In this document: in pieces, positions 17,624 through 28,179 of the stretch
Position numbering within the stretch: the stretch's first letter is position 1
Layout of the letters: every line of letters begins with the position of its first letter
DNA from: Candidatus Scatovivens sp.
GTDB lineage: Bacteria; Bacillota; Clostridia; TANB77; CAG-508
Reading direction: 5' to 3'
Length of the DNA: 64,000 nucleotides
Assembly: GCA_045646345.1 (NCBI GenBank)
Contig: JAZRKN010000009.1
Span: forward strand, 19,599 to 83,598
Position numbers and translations under genes: made by a program
Notes under the pieces: model-generated
What the model was told of the DNA's origin: nothing
The model's database searches: none
Seen by the model: only the letters and a program-made list of their open reading frames with translations

Positions 17624-18643
17624 ATGTCAGTAAAAGTAGCTATAAATGGTTTTGGACGTATTGGACGTCTAGCATTTAGACAAATGTTTGGAGCAGAAGG
17701 GTATGAAATCGTTGCAATTAACGATTTAACAAGTCCTGTTATGTTAGCTCACCTTTTAAAATATGATTCTGCACAAAAAAGATATGATAAAGCAGATACA
17801 GTAGTAGCTGGAGAAGGATCTATTACAGTAGATGGAAAAACAATCAAAATTTATGCAGAAAAAGATGCGGCTAATTTACCTTGGGGAGAAATAGGAGTTG
17901 ATGTTGTTTTAGAATGTACAGGATTCTATACATCTAAAGAAAAAGCAGCAGCTCATATTACAGCAGGAGCTAAAAAAGTAGTTATTTCTGCACCAGCTGG
18001 AAAAGACTTACCAACAATCGTTTATGGAGTAAACGAAGGAACATTAACAGCAGAGGATAATATTATTTCTGCAGCATCTTGTACAACAAACTGTTTAGCA
18101 CCTATGGCTAAAGCATTAAATGATTATGCACCAATCCAATCAGGAATTATGACAACAGTTCATGCTTATACAGGAGATCAAATGGTACTTGATGGACCAC
18201 ATAGAAAAGAAGATTTAAGAAGAGCTAGAGCAGCAGCAGTAAATATCGTTCCTAACTCAACAGGAGCAGCAAAAGCTATCGGATTAGTTATTCCAGAATT
18301 AAATGGAAAATTAATCGGATCTGCACAAAGAGTTCCAGTTCCAACAGGATCTTCAACAATATTAGTAGCAACAGTTAGATCAAATGAAGAAGTTACAGCT
18401 GATTCTATCAATGCAGCTATGAAAGCAGCTTCAAATGCATCTTTCGGTTATACAGAAGAACCATTAGTTTCTTCAGATATTATCGGTATTACACACGGTT
18501 CTTTATTTGATGCAACACAAACAATGGTTGCTAAAGTAGAAGAAGGATTATACCAAGTACAAGTTGTATCATGGTATGATAACGAAAATTCTTACACAAG
18601 CCAAATGGTAAGAACAATAAAATATTTTGCTGAATTAGGATAA
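17624..18643 (+). CDS. gap: Glyceraldehyde-3-phosphate dehydrogenase
   Basis: [12 protein letters not shown]-binding motif; [10 protein letters not shown] catalytic cysteine region. Confidence 0.95.
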   Translation: MSVKVAINGFGRIGRLAFRQMFGAEGYEIVAINDLTSPVMLAHLLKYDSAQKRYDKADTVVAGEGSITVDGKTIKIYAEKDAANLPWGEIGVDVVLECTGFYTSKEKAAAHITAGAKKVVISAPAGKDLPTIVYGVNEGTLTAEDNIISAASCTTNCLAPMAKALNDYAPIQSGIMTTVHAYTGDQMVLDGPHRKEDLRRARAAAVNIVPNSTGAAKAIGLVIPELNGKLIGSAQRVPVPTGSSTILVATVRSNEEVTADSINAAMKAASNASFGYTEEPLVSSDIIGITHGSLFDATQTMVAKVEEGLYQVQVVSWYDNENSYTSQMVRTIKYFAELG

Positions 18644-18678
18644 TAATTGTATAAAAGATAGCAATTATGTTTAATATA

Positions 18679-18740
18679 TGAGCAATAAAGAGCTAGTGGT
18701 GGAGGTCGGACCTTTATTGCTAGCTCTTTTGTATTAAAAT
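18679..18740 (+). promoter_or_regulatory. Structured gap-pgk intergenic element (two mutually exclusive hairpins; partial terminator/processing site)
   Basis: agcaataaag pairs with ctttattgct; alternatively aaagagctag pairs with ctagctcttt followed by TTTTG. Confidence 0.4.
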
Positions 18741-18770
18741 AAAACTTATTTTTAAGAAAGGAAAATAAAA

Positions 18771-19955
18771 ATGAATAAGAAAACAGTAAGAGATATTGAT
18801 TTAAAAGGAAAAAAAGTATTAGTTAGATGTGACTTTAACGTACCATACAATGATGAAAGAGTTATTACAGATAACAGAAGAATAGTAGCAGCTTTACCTA
18901 CAATTAAATATTTATTAGAAAATAATTGTAAAGTAATATTATGTTCTCACTTAGGAAGACCAAAGGGACAAGTTAAACCAGAGTTTTCTCTAGATATAGT
19001 AGCTGCTGAATTATCAAGACTATTAGGGTTAGAAGTAAAATTAGCTAAAGATGTAGTTGGAGAAGATGCAAAAGCTTTAGCTGCTGATTTACAAGAAGGA
19101 GAAGTTATGCTTCTTGAAAACGTAAGATATGAAGCTGGAGAAGAAAAAAATGATGAAGAATTATCAAAAGCATTTGCTTCTTTAGCAGAAGTTTTTGTAA
19201 ATGATGCATTTGGAACAGCTCATAGAGCACACAGTTCAACAACAGGTGTTGCAAGTTATTTACCAGCAGTTTCTGGATTCTTAATTGAAAAAGAATTAAA
19301 TTTCTTAGGAACAGCTTTAGAAAATCCTGAAAGACCATTCATGGCTATTTTAGGTGGTAAAAAAGTTTCTGATAAAATTGGTGTTATAGAAGCATTAATT
19401 GAAAAAGTTGATGTATTAATGATTGGTGGAGCTATGGCATACACATTCTTTAAATCAATGGGTTATAGTGTTGGAAATTCAATTTGTGAAGAAGATAAAT
19501 TAGATTTAGCAAAAGAATTAATGGCAAAAGCTGAAGCTAAAGGTGTTAAATTAATGTTACCAGTTGATACAAAAGTTGGTAAAGAATTTGATGCTAATAC
19601 AGAAAGCAAAACAGTTAAATATACAGAAATTCCTGATGGATGGGAAGGATTTGATATTGGTCAAGAAACAATTGAACTATATGCAAATGAACTAAAAAAT
19701 GCAAAAACAGTTATCTGGAACGGACCGGTTGGATTATTCGAATTTGATCAATTTGCTATTGGAACAAATAGTATTGCAAAAACATTAGCTGATATTGATG
19801 CAGTTAAAATAATCGGTGGTGGTGATTCTGCAGCTGCTGTTGAAAAAGCAGGATTAGCTGAAAAATTTACACACATCTCTACAGGTGGTGGAGCTTCACT
19901 TGAATTTTTAGAAGGTAAAAAATTACCAGGAATTGAAGCTTTACAAGATAAATAA
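18771..19955 (+). CDS. pgk: Phosphoglycerate kinase
   Basis: Typical PGK N-terminus ([12 protein letters not shown]) and C-terminal GGGASLE motif. Confidence 0.95.
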   Translation: MNKKTVRDIDLKGKKVLVRCDFNVPYNDERVITDNRRIVAALPTIKYLLENNCKVILCSHLGRPKGQVKPEFSLDIVAAELSRLLGLEVKLAKDVVGEDAKALAADLQEGEVMLLENVRYEAGEEKNDEELSKAFASLAEVFVNDAFGTAHRAHSSTTGVASYLPAVSGFLIEKELNFLGTALENPERPFMAILGGKKVSDKIGVIEALIEKVDVLMIGGAMAYTFFKSMGYSVGNSICEEDKLDLAKELMAKAEAKGVKLMLPVDTKVGKEFDANTESKTVKYTEIPDGWEGFDIGQETIELYANELKNAKTVIWNGPVGLFEFDQFAIGTNSIAKTLADIDAVKIIGGGDSAAAVEKAGLAEKFTHISTGGGASLEFLEGKKLPGIEALQDK

Positions 19956-20040
19956 ATTTCAGAAAAGTAAAAGTGGGAAATATAAATCTCCCACTTTGAA
20001 TATATTTTTATAAGATTAAAAAATCTAGAAGGAGATTTTT

Positions 20041-20793
20041 ATGAGAAGAAAAGTTATTGCAGGAAACTGGAAAATGAACATGCTTCCAAATGAAGCAATT
20101 GATTATATTCAAGCATTTGAACCATTAGTTAAAGATGCTGAAGCAGAAGTTATTTTATGTGTTCCATATACAGATTTATTTTATTGTTTAATGAACGCAC
20201 AAGGAACAAATATTAAAATAGGTGCTCAAAACATGCACTTCGCTGAAACAGGAGCATATACTGGAGAAGTTTCAGCTAAAATGTTAAAATCAATTGGAGT
20301 TGAATATGTAATCATAGGACACTCTGAAAGAAGACAATATTATAATGAAACTGATGAAACAGTAAATAAAAAATTAAAAGCTGCTTTTGAAAATGAATTA
20401 AAACCAATTGTTTGTGTTGGAGAAAGTTTAGAAGAAAGAGAAGCTGGAAAAACAGAAGAAATTATTACTTCTCAAACAAGACTTGCTTTAGAAGGATTAA
20501 CAAATGATCAAGTTAAAGCAACAATTATAGCTTATGAACCAATCTGGGCTATTGGAACAGGAAAAACAGCAACTTCAGAAGATGCTAATAATTCAATAAA
20601 AGCAATAAGAGCTGAAGTAAAAAGAATTTACGGAGAAGAAGTAGCTGAAGAAGTTATTATTCAATATGGTGGAAGTGTTAAATCTTCAAATGCAAAAGAA
20701 TTATTCTCAACATCAGATATTGATGGAGGATTAGTTGGTGGAGCAAGTTTAAAACCAGATGAATTCAGTAAAATAGTAAATTATAATAAATAA
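20041..20793 (+). CDS. tpiA: Triosephosphate isomerase
   Basis: AGNWKMN, IGHSERR and AYEPIWAIGTG motifs. Confidence 0.95.
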   Translation: MRRKVIAGNWKMNMLPNEAIDYIQAFEPLVKDAEAEVILCVPYTDLFYCLMNAQGTNIKIGAQNMHFAETGAYTGEVSAKMLKSIGVEYVIIGHSERRQYYNETDETVNKKLKAAFENELKPIVCVGESLEEREAGKTEEIITSQTRLALEGLTNDQVKATIIAYEPIWAIGTGKTATSEDANNSIKAIRAEVKRIYGEEVAEEVIIQYGGSVKSSNAKELFSTSDIDGGLVGGASLKPDEFSKIVNYNK

Positions 20794-20880
20794 ATTATGC
20801 AAAATTAAAATATGGAATAGCAATATCATATTGCTATTCTATATGAACTTTTTTAGGAGAAATGAGGACGAAATAATATT

Positions 20881-22413
20881 ATGGGAAAACTTACAATGTT
20901 AATGATACTAGATGGTTTTGGTGTCAATGAAAAAGAAGAAGGAAATGGAGTAAAACAAGCTAATATCCCACATTTAAATGAAATATTTACAAAAAATCCA
21001 AATACAATAATTCATACAAGTGGATTAGAAGTTGGATTACCAGAAGGCCAAATGGGAAATTCAGAAGTTGGTCATACAAATATAGGTGCAGGAAGAATTG
21101 TATATCAAGATTTAGCTAAAATAACAAAAGCTATTGAAGATGGAGATTTCTTTAGTAGACCAGAATTTGTAAAAGCAATTGAAAATTGTAGAGCTAATAA
21201 TTCAAAATTACATTTAATGGGATTATTATCTGATGGTGGTGTACATAGCCATAATCGTCATTTATATGGACTTTTAGAATTAGCTAAAAGAAAAGATTTT
21301 GAAAATGTATATGTACATTGTTTTATGGATGGAAGAGATACTCCACCAGCTTCAGGAGAAGGTTACATTGCAGAATTAGAAGAAAAAATGAAAGAAAAAG
21401 GTGTAGGTCAAATTGCAACTATTTCTGGAAGATTCTATGCAATGGATAGAGATAAAAGATGGGAAAGAGTTCATGAAGCTTATAATGCAATGGTAAATGG
21501 TATAGGAGAAAAAGCTAATTCAGCTGTTTCTGCTATTGAAGAATCATATCAAAAAGAAGTTTTTGATGAATTTGTTAAACCAACAGTTATAACAAATAAA
21601 AACGGAGAACCAATTGCAAAAATTGAAGATGGAGATTCTGTAATATTCTTTAATTTCAGACCAGATAGAGCTAGAGAAATAACAAGAACAATTGTTGATA
21701 AAGAGTTTGACTGTTTTGAAGTGAAAAATATTAATACATATTTTGTTTGTATGACTCCTTATGATGAAACAATGCCAAACGTAGATGTTGCTTATAGAAA
21801 AGAAGAAATTAGAAATACTTTTGGAGAATATATTAGTAGAAGAGGATTAAAACAATTAAGAATTGCAGAAACAGAAAAATATGCACACGTAACATTCTTC
21901 TTTAATGGTGGAGAAGAAAAACAATATGAAGGTGAAGATAGAATTTTAGTGCCATCACCTAAAGTTGAAACATATGATTTAAAACCTGAGATGAGTGCTT
22001 GCGAAGTTTGTGAAAAAGTTGTTGAAGCAATAAAATCAGAAAAATATGATTCTATTATATTAAACTTTGCTAACCCTGATATGGTTGGACATACAGGAAA
22101 TATTGATGCTGTAATTAAAGCTTTAGAAACAATTGATGAATGTGTTCAAAATGTTGTTGATGCTGTAAAAGAAGTAAATGGTACTTTATTAATAACAGCA
22201 GATCATGGAAATTGCGAGCAAATGATTGATTATAAAACTGGAGAACCACAAACAGCTCATACAACAAACCCAGTTCCGCTTGTAATTGTTGGATTACCAA
22301 GTAATAAAAAAATTAAAGAAGGTCGTTTAGCAGACTTAGCTCCAACAATGTTGGATATCATGGGATTAGAAAAACCAGATGAAATGACAGGAGAAAGTTT
22401 AATTCAAAACTAA
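20881..22413 (+). CDS. gpmI: 2,3-bisphosphoglycerate-independent phosphoglycerate mutase
   Basis: iPGM architecture of about 510 aa with MGNSEVGH and ADHGN motifs. Confidence 0.9.
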   Translation: MGKLTMLMILDGFGVNEKEEGNGVKQANIPHLNEIFTKNPNTIIHTSGLEVGLPEGQMGNSEVGHTNIGAGRIVYQDLAKITKAIEDGDFFSRPEFVKAIENCRANNSKLHLMGLLSDGGVHSHNRHLYGLLELAKRKDFENVYVHCFMDGRDTPPASGEGYIAELEEKMKEKGVGQIATISGRFYAMDRDKRWERVHEAYNAMVNGIGEKANSAVSAIEESYQKEVFDEFVKPTVITNKNGEPIAKIEDGDSVIFFNFRPDRAREITRTIVDKEFDCFEVKNINTYFVCMTPYDETMPNVDVAYRKEEIRNTFGEYISRRGLKQLRIAETEKYAHVTFFFNGGEEKQYEGEDRILVPSPKVETYDLKPEMSACEVCEKVVEAIKSEKYDSIILNFANPDMVGHTGNIDAVIKALETIDECVQNVVDAVKEVNGTLLITADHGNCEQMIDYKTGEPQTAHTTNPVPLVIVGLPSNKKIKEGRLADLAPTMLDIMGLEKPDEMTGESLIQN

Positions 22414-22429
22414 CTTTTAGGAGAAATTT

Positions 22430-23167
22430 ATGATAAGTTTACCAGAAGAAAAAATTTTGTATTCAGAAATACAAAAAAAGTTGTTTTATATAATACCTGA
22501 GAAATGGGAAAGTATATATTTATATGCTTCTGTAATTGATATGCCAAATCAAAAACCTGTTGGAGAAATGTATTTTTACTACTTACCAAAAGGTATAATA
22601 AAAAAGAAATTTGTTAATGGCTATGAGATTCCATCAATTTTTAATATTGATGAAGAACAATATTCTAAATTAATTACAGATGTTTATAATTTAATAAAAT
22701 TATTACGTGAACGTGCTGTAGAAACAAAAAGAAAAGTTTGGAGTAATATAAATATCACAATTGAGAATTTTAAATTTAAAATAGAGTTTGATTACGAAGA
22801 TTTAAAAAAATCTGAATTTGATTCTTATGAACGTCATGTAATATGGAGATATAATTATTTAAAAGAGGATTCGGAAGTTTTAAGTAGAAAAGATAGAAAG
22901 ATAATTGATAAATATTTAAAATATACAGAAACAAGAATCCCGTTAAAGAAAGATTCTTATATTGAAGGAATATATAAACAACCTGTTAAAAATATTATAG
23001 ATTTTGAAAAGACTTTAACAGTTGAAGAAGCTATAGCTCAATCTAATGAACCGAAAGAGAAAAAGAAAAAAAGAATTTTTGGTAACAAGAATAAAATAGA
23101 TGATGTTATTGACGAGGATGATGAAAATCAAACATATAATAATCAGATATTAAATTGGAAAAAATAA
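22430..23167 (+). CDS. DUF600 / YezG-family (polymorphic-toxin immunity-like) protein with C-terminal K/E/D-rich extension
   Basis: LYSEIQKKLFYIIPEKWESIYLYASVID...EMYFYYLP...FDYEDL...HVIWRYNYL follows the DUF600 (YezG/TIGR01741) pattern; starts 16 nt after the gpmI stop with an AGGAGA RBS. Confidence 0.55.
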   Translation: MISLPEEKILYSEIQKKLFYIIPEKWESIYLYASVIDMPNQKPVGEMYFYYLPKGIIKKKFVNGYEIPSIFNIDEEQYSKLITDVYNLIKLLRERAVETKRKVWSNINITIENFKFKIEFDYEDLKKSEFDSYERHVIWRYNYLKEDSEVLSRKDRKIIDKYLKYTETRIPLKKDSYIEGIYKQPVKNIIDFEKTLTVEEAIAQSNEPKEKKKKRIFGNKNKIDDVIDEDDENQTYNNQILNWKK

Positions 23168-23171
23168 AGTT

Positions 23172-23206
23172 TAAAGAGTACTTAGAAATAAGTACTCTTT
23201 TTTTGT
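23172..23206 (+). terminator. Rho-independent terminator ending the glycolytic transcript
   Basis: aaagagtactt / aagtactcttt hairpin followed by TTTTTT. Confidence 0.75.
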
Positions 23207-23265
23207 TCTAAATAAAAAAATGTTGAATATATATTATTATATTAAAATGTGAAAGGTTATATTAT

Positions 23266-24264
23266 ATGGATCGAATTTTAAAATATTTTCCTATAAATAT
23301 AAAAGTGATTTTAGAAAAAGAAATTGGAGAGAAAAAGAACAGTTTAGAAGAAATTAGAATAAGAGTACAAAAACCAATTATTTTAAAATTTAATTCTGGT
23401 GAAAAAATTGTAAGATATTTTATAACTCAAGAAGAAATTTTAAATATATTGCAATATGTTTGCGAAAATTCAATATATAGTTATCAAAAACAAATTTCTG
23501 AAGGATTTGTAACTGTTACTGGTGGACATAGAGTGGGAATATCGGGCTCTTGTGTGATGGAAAATGGTAAAGTTATAAATATTAATTATATAAATGGCTT
23601 AAATTTTAGAATAGCGAGACAAGTTATAGGTGCTAGTGAAAAAATATTAGAAAGTATATTAGACGTTGATAAAAATTCTATTCGAAATACATTAATAGTG
23701 TCTCCTCCAGGATGTGGTAAAACTACTATTTTAAAGGATTTAGTAAAACAAATATCAAGTGGAATAAGGCAAAAAAAGTTTAAAGGAATTGATGTTGGAG
23801 TTGTTGATGAAAGAGGAGAAATTGCAGCACTATATAAAGGAGTTCCTCAAAATGAAATTGGAATAAAAACAGATGTAATGTCTAATGTTACTAAAAGTAT
23901 TGGATTAAAAATGTTAATAAGAAGTATGGCACCACAAATTGTTGTTGCAGATGAAATTGGAACGAAAGAAGATGTTGATATTATAAATTATGCGATGTGT
24001 TCAGGATGTAAAGGGATATTTACGGCTCATGGTTCAAATTTTGATGAGTTGTATTTGAATCCTATAATAAAAGAATTAATAAATAATCACATATTCGAAC
24101 TGATTGTTTTTTTAGATGAAAAAATCAAAGGAGAAATAAAAGAATTATATATTCTTGATAAGAAAATGACACAGTATAAAAAAGAAGAAAAAAGAAAAAT
24201 TAAAGATAATGTAGGGTTAGATTTTTTATTAGGTGAAAATGATGGAATTGATAAAATGTTTTAA
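23266..24264 (+). CDS. spoIIIAA: Stage III sporulation protein AA (ATPase)
   Basis: Walker A SPPGCGKTT; first gene of a conserved 8-gene operon. Confidence 0.85.
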   Translation: MDRILKYFPINIKVILEKEIGEKKNSLEEIRIRVQKPIILKFNSGEKIVRYFITQEEILNILQYVCENSIYSYQKQISEGFVTVTGGHRVGISGSCVMENGKVININYINGLNFRIARQVIGASEKILESILDVDKNSIRNTLIVSPPGCGKTTILKDLVKQISSGIRQKKFKGIDVGVVDERGEIAALYKGVPQNEIGIKTDVMSNVTKSIGLKMLIRSMAPQIVVADEIGTKEDVDIINYAMCSGCKGIFTAHGSNFDELYLNPIIKELINNHIFELIVFLDEKIKGEIKELYILDKKMTQYKKEEKRKIKDNVGLDFLLGENDGIDKMF

Positions 24265-24745
24265 TTTGATAGGAATATTTTGTTTATGTTCTTATATTGG
24301 TGTAATTAAAGCTCAAAAATATGAAATAAGAGTTATAGAATTAAATAGATTTAAAAATGCACTTTATGTGTTTAAATCAAAAATAGAATTTACTTATGAA
24401 CCTATCAAAAATATCTTTGAAGAAATATCAAAAATAATATATAAAGAAGAAAAAAATATTTTTAAAGAAGCTATAAAATGTGAAGAAAAAATAAATGAAA
24501 ATTGGGAATTGGCAGCAGAAGAATTAAATGACAAATTAGATAAAGAAGATATATATGCAATTAAAACATTAGGAAAATTATTGGGAAAAACAGATGTAAA
24601 AGGACAAGTTAGTGAGATTTTGTTAGTAGAAAGTTTGATTGAAAAACAAATTAGTAAAGCTGAATGTGAAAAACAAAAAAATTCAAAATTATGTAAAAAT
24701 ATGGGGATTATTATAGGATTAGGAATTTGTATAATGTTTGTTTAG
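24233..24745 (+). CDS. spoIIIAB: Stage III sporulation protein AB
   Basis: Position in operon, size (170 aa), N-terminal TM; overlaps AA. Confidence 0.7.
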   Translation: MKMMELIKCFNLIGIFCLCSYIGVIKAQKYEIRVIELNRFKNALYVFKSKIEFTYEPIKNIFEEISKIIYKEEKNIFKEAIKCEEKINENWELAAEELNDKLDKEDIYAIKTLGKLLGKTDVKGQVSEILLVESLIEKQISKAECEKQKNSKLCKNMGIIIGLGICIMFV

Positions 24746-24754
24746 GAGTTTTTT

Positions 24755-24949
24755 ATGAATATAGAGTTATTATTTAAGATTGCTGGAATTGGAATATTAG
24801 TTGCTGTTCTTCATCAAGTATTATCGAAAGCTGGAAGAGAAGATCAAGCGATGATGACAACTTTGGCTGGAATCGTTATTGTATTAACTGTTGTTGTTAA
24901 AGAAATTAGTACCTTATTTGAAACAGTAAGGACGGTGTTTAATTTATAA
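24755..24949 (+). CDS. spoIIIAC: Stage III sporulation protein AC
   Basis: 64-aa two-TM protein (...GIGILVAVLHQVLSKAGRED...) typical of SpoIIIAC. Confidence 0.75.
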   Translation: MNIELLFKIAGIGILVAVLHQVLSKAGREDQAMMTTLAGIVIVLTVVVKEISTLFETVRTVFNL

Positions 24950-25329
24950 TGGACATCTTAAAAATAATTGGAATTGGTTTTTGTAGTTTGATTATATCTA
25001 TAATTTTAAAAGAATATAAAAAAGAATATGCGGTTTATAGTATGCTAATAGGCGGAGCGATAATAATTTTTTTTTCTTTGGAAACAATAAATATTATTAT
25101 AAATTTTATAAGGCATTTTTCTAAAAATTATAATAACGGATTTATTGAAATTTTATTAAAAATTACAGGAATATCGATACTTGCAGAATATGCAACATCT
25201 ATATGTAAGGATTCGGGAGAGGTTTCGATAGCTAATAAGATTGATTTTGCATCTAAGATTATTGTTGTTTCAATGTCAATTCCAATAATATCAAGTACAT
25301 TGTCTTTATTACTCAAATTATTACCATAG
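24949..25329 (+). CDS. spoIIIAD: Stage III sporulation protein AD
   Basis: 126-aa polytopic membrane protein in canonical position. Confidence 0.7.
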   Translation: MDILKIIGIGFCSLIISIILKEYKKEYAVYSMLIGGAIIIFFSLETINIIINFIRHFSKNYNNGFIEILLKITGISILAEYATSICKDSGEVSIANKIDFASKIIVVSMSIPIISSTLSLLLKLLP

Positions 25330-25340
25330 GAGTAGTTTTT

Positions 25341-26417
25341 ATGAACGAAATTTTAACCACAGAGATAAATGTATTCGGAATAGATGAATTTTTGTATCAA
25401 GCAGAAAAATATACAAAAGAAGTGTTTCCAAATCTAGAAATAAAAGAATTTTTTAAAGAAAGTTTAACTGGAAATTTAGGAGATTTTTTTTCTACTAGTA
25501 ATATAAGTAATGTATTAACAAAAGAATTGCAAGAAACTCTAAATATATTAGCGAGTATATTAATAATTATTATTATACATAGCATATTGAAATCTATTGT
25601 AGAAAGTTTAGGAAATTCTTCATCAAGTCAGATTGTATATTTTGTTCAATATATTGCAATTGTAACAGTTATTGTTAATTCATTTGTTAATATTTTGGAC
25701 ATTACAAAAGAAGCTATAAATGAAATTATAAATTTTATGAATTTACTTACACCTATTTTTATAACTTTACTTATAACTACAGGAAATTTAGTAACAAGTA
25801 ATATTGTACAACCAGTATTACTGTTTATAGTTAATTTTATAGGAAATTTTACAAATGTTTTTTTAATACCTCTATTATTAATTTCTATTACTTTATCTAT
25901 AATTTCTAATATTTCTGATAAAGTTCAAGTAAATAAATTATCAAAATTTTTTAAAACTTCAATTGTTTGGATTTTGGGGATAATATTAACTATATTTGTA
26001 AGTGTACTCTCAATAGAAGGTACTTTAAGTAGTAGTGTTGATGGAATAACTAGTAAAACAGCTAAAGCTGCTGTTTCGAATTTTATTCCTGTTGTTGGTA
26101 AAATAATGGGAGATACAGTTGAAACTGTATTGGGATGTACAAATATATTAAAAAATTCTGTTGGGATAGTTGGAGTAATAATTATTATAGGTATTGTACT
26201 AGTACCGATAATTAAAATATCTGTTTTATGGATTTCATTTAATATTACATCAAGTATTTGTGAAGTTATTGCAGATGAAAAGATTGTTAAATTGTTGGAT
26301 AATATTGCGGATAGTTATAAAATTTTATTTGCAATATTAGTTTCTATTTCAATAATGTTTATTATCGGAATAACTATAGTTATAAAAATTACAAATAGTT
26401 CATTAATGTATAGGTAA
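25341..26417 (+). CDS. spoIIIAE: Stage III sporulation protein AE
   Basis: 358-aa polytopic membrane protein in canonical position. Confidence 0.7.
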   Translation: MNEILTTEINVFGIDEFLYQAEKYTKEVFPNLEIKEFFKESLTGNLGDFFSTSNISNVLTKELQETLNILASILIIIIIHSILKSIVESLGNSSSSQIVYFVQYIAIVTVIVNSFVNILDITKEAINEIINFMNLLTPIFITLLITTGNLVTSNIVQPVLLFIVNFIGNFTNVFLIPLLLISITLSIISNISDKVQVNKLSKFFKTSIVWILGIILTIFVSVLSIEGTLSSSVDGITSKTAKAAVSNFIPVVGKIMGDTVETVLGCTNILKNSVGIVGVIIIIGIVLVPIIKISVLWISFNITSSICEVIADEKIVKLLDNIADSYKILFAILVSISIMFIIGITIVIKITNSSLMYR

Positions 26418-26419
26418 AT

Positions 26420-26884
26420 ATGATATTAAAAATAAGAGTTTGGTGCGAAGAATTAATAATAGCAATAATTCTTTGTATAATAATTGAATGTTTAATTCCA
26501 AATGGAAATAATAAAAAATATGCAAAAGTAGTAATTGGTGTTTTTATTATGTTTATAACTATCAATCCACTGTTAGAAATCTTGAATTATGAATATGACT
26601 TTGATGAAGTATTTGATATGAGATATGAGGAAACTTATAGTAGTTTAGATTATGATATAAAAGATGTGTATATTATTGGGATTAAAGAGGAAATAAAAAA
26701 AGAAATAATGAATCTTGGTTATAAAGTAAATGATATAAAATTTGAGTTTGATTATGGTTATGAAAAAATAAGTAAAATTAAAATTGAATTTTTAGAAAAT
26801 GAAATAGATTATCAGAAGGTTTTGGATATGTTAAAAGAACGATATTTGGTTGAAAAAAATAATGTTATTATAACATTTAAGTAG
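26420..26884 (+). CDS. spoIIIAF: Stage III sporulation protein AF
   Basis: 154 aa, N-terminal TMs, canonical position. Confidence 0.65.
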   Translation: MILKIRVWCEELIIAIILCIIIECLIPNGNNKKYAKVVIGVFIMFITINPLLEILNYEYDFDEVFDMRYEETYSSLDYDIKDVYIIGIKEEIKKEIMNLGYKVNDIKFEFDYGYEKISKIKIEFLENEIDYQKVLDMLKERYLVEKNNVIITFK

Positions 26885-26892
26885 GAGGAGTT

Positions 26893-27471
26893 ATGTTTGA
26901 TAAATTAAAGAACATATTTGAAAATAAGGATAAAAAAATAGAAAATTTAGTGGTTTTTTTAATTATTTTGATAATAACTTTAATTGTTATTAATAAAATT
27001 TTAGATAAAGATGAAAATGATGTCACTGATTATGAAAATAAAACTGGAGTAGAACTAGCAACTGAAAAAAATATTGATATTAATTTAGAAAATACAAATT
27101 TTGAAAAAAGATTGGAAAATATATTAAGCAAGATTTCAGGAGTTGGAAAAGTTGCAGTTCTTCTTACATATACAGAATCAGATTCATTAGTTCCAATTTA
27201 TAATATTAATTCAAGTACAAGTGTTTCTGAAGAAAAAGGTAGTGATGGAATCAGCAAATTAACAGAATCAGAAAATGTTCAAAAAGATGTTGTTATGGAT
27301 GAAAATGGTAGTCTTAGTGTTGAAAAGCAAATAAAACCAGTTGTAGAAGGAGCGATAATTATTGCAGAAGGTGCATCTAATGTAAGTGTTAAAAGTAATA
27401 TAATATCTGCTGTAGAAGCTGTAACTGGAGTTAAAACTCATAAAATTCAAGTTTTTGAGATGGAGGAATAG
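26893..27471 (+). CDS. spoIIIAG: Stage III sporulation protein AG
   Basis: 192 aa, N-terminal TM, C-terminal ring-building-motif-like domain (PVVEGAIIIAEGA). Confidence 0.7.
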   Translation: MFDKLKNIFENKDKKIENLVVFLIILIITLIVINKILDKDENDVTDYENKTGVELATEKNIDINLENTNFEKRLENILSKISGVGKVAVLLTYTESDSLVPIYNINSSTSVSEEKGSDGISKLTESENVQKDVVMDENGSLSVEKQIKPVVEGAIIIAEGASNVSVKSNIISAVEAVTGVKTHKIQVFEMEE

Positions 27472-27473
27472 GT

Positions 27474-28085
27474 ATGAAATATAATAAAGAAAGTGTAAAA
27501 CAAGTTCTACTTATAACTGTTGCAATAATATTAATTTTTATGGGGTATTTTAATTATAGTTTGGATATAAATATTGATAAAGAAAATATAGCTAAGGAAG
27601 AAAGAAATGAACATTCATTAGGTGACGTGCAATTAGTAAATGCAGAACCGTCGCTTGTTGCTAATAATGATATTGTTCCGAATGAAGAGGTTAATGATAA
27701 TGGAACGACAAAAGAAATTGTAAATAATGTAAATGAAAATAAGTATTATGAAGAAACAAAGTTGGAAAGAAATAGAATGTATTCTGAAATGCTTGAGTCA
27801 TATCAAAATTTAATTGATTCACCAGAAACGCCACAAGATCAAAAAGCGATTGCAGCTAAAGAAATTTCTAATATAAATAAAAGAAAAAATGGTTTGATGA
27901 TTGCTGAAAACCTAATAAAAAATAAAGGTTTTGAAGATGTTGTTATTTTAGTAAATGATAACATAGTTAGTGTTGTTGTGAAATCATATATATTAAATCA
28001 AGAACAAATTTCTAAAATTCAAAATATTGTTGAACGAGAGTTGGATGTAGAAATTAAGAATATTAATATAAGTAATAGATATTGA
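27474..28085 (+). CDS. spoIIIAH: Stage III sporulation protein AH
   Basis: 203 aa, N-terminal TM, last gene of operon. Confidence 0.65.
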   Translation: MKYNKESVKQVLLITVAIILIFMGYFNYSLDINIDKENIAKEERNEHSLGDVQLVNAEPSLVANNDIVPNEEVNDNGTTKEIVNNVNENKYYEETKLERNRMYSEMLESYQNLIDSPETPQDQKAIAAKEISNINKRKNGLMIAENLIKNKGFEDVVILVNDNIVSVVVKSYILNQEQISKIQNIVERELDVEIKNINISNRY

Positions 28086-28179
28086 TTTCTCAAAAATTTC
28101 TTGAATATTTTTTTGCCGAAAACTAATAATAAGCTATATGAAATTAAATTTCATATAAATTATAAAAAAGAGGTATAAT

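Noticed and set aside
23207-23265. Explicit sigma-E promoter call upstream of spoIIIAA
   Set aside because: The region is almost pure A/T (gaatatatattattatattaaaatg). ATATT-like -35 matches are frequent by chance, and no convincing CATACA-T -10 is present at the right spacing. It was left unannotated.
28086-28179. AT-only palindrome tatgaaat-taa-atttcata after spoIIIAH as a terminator
   Set aside because: The stem is purely A/T with no G-C pairs and no T-run, so it is unlikely to be a functional intrinsic terminator. It could be a protein-binding site, but there is no support for that.
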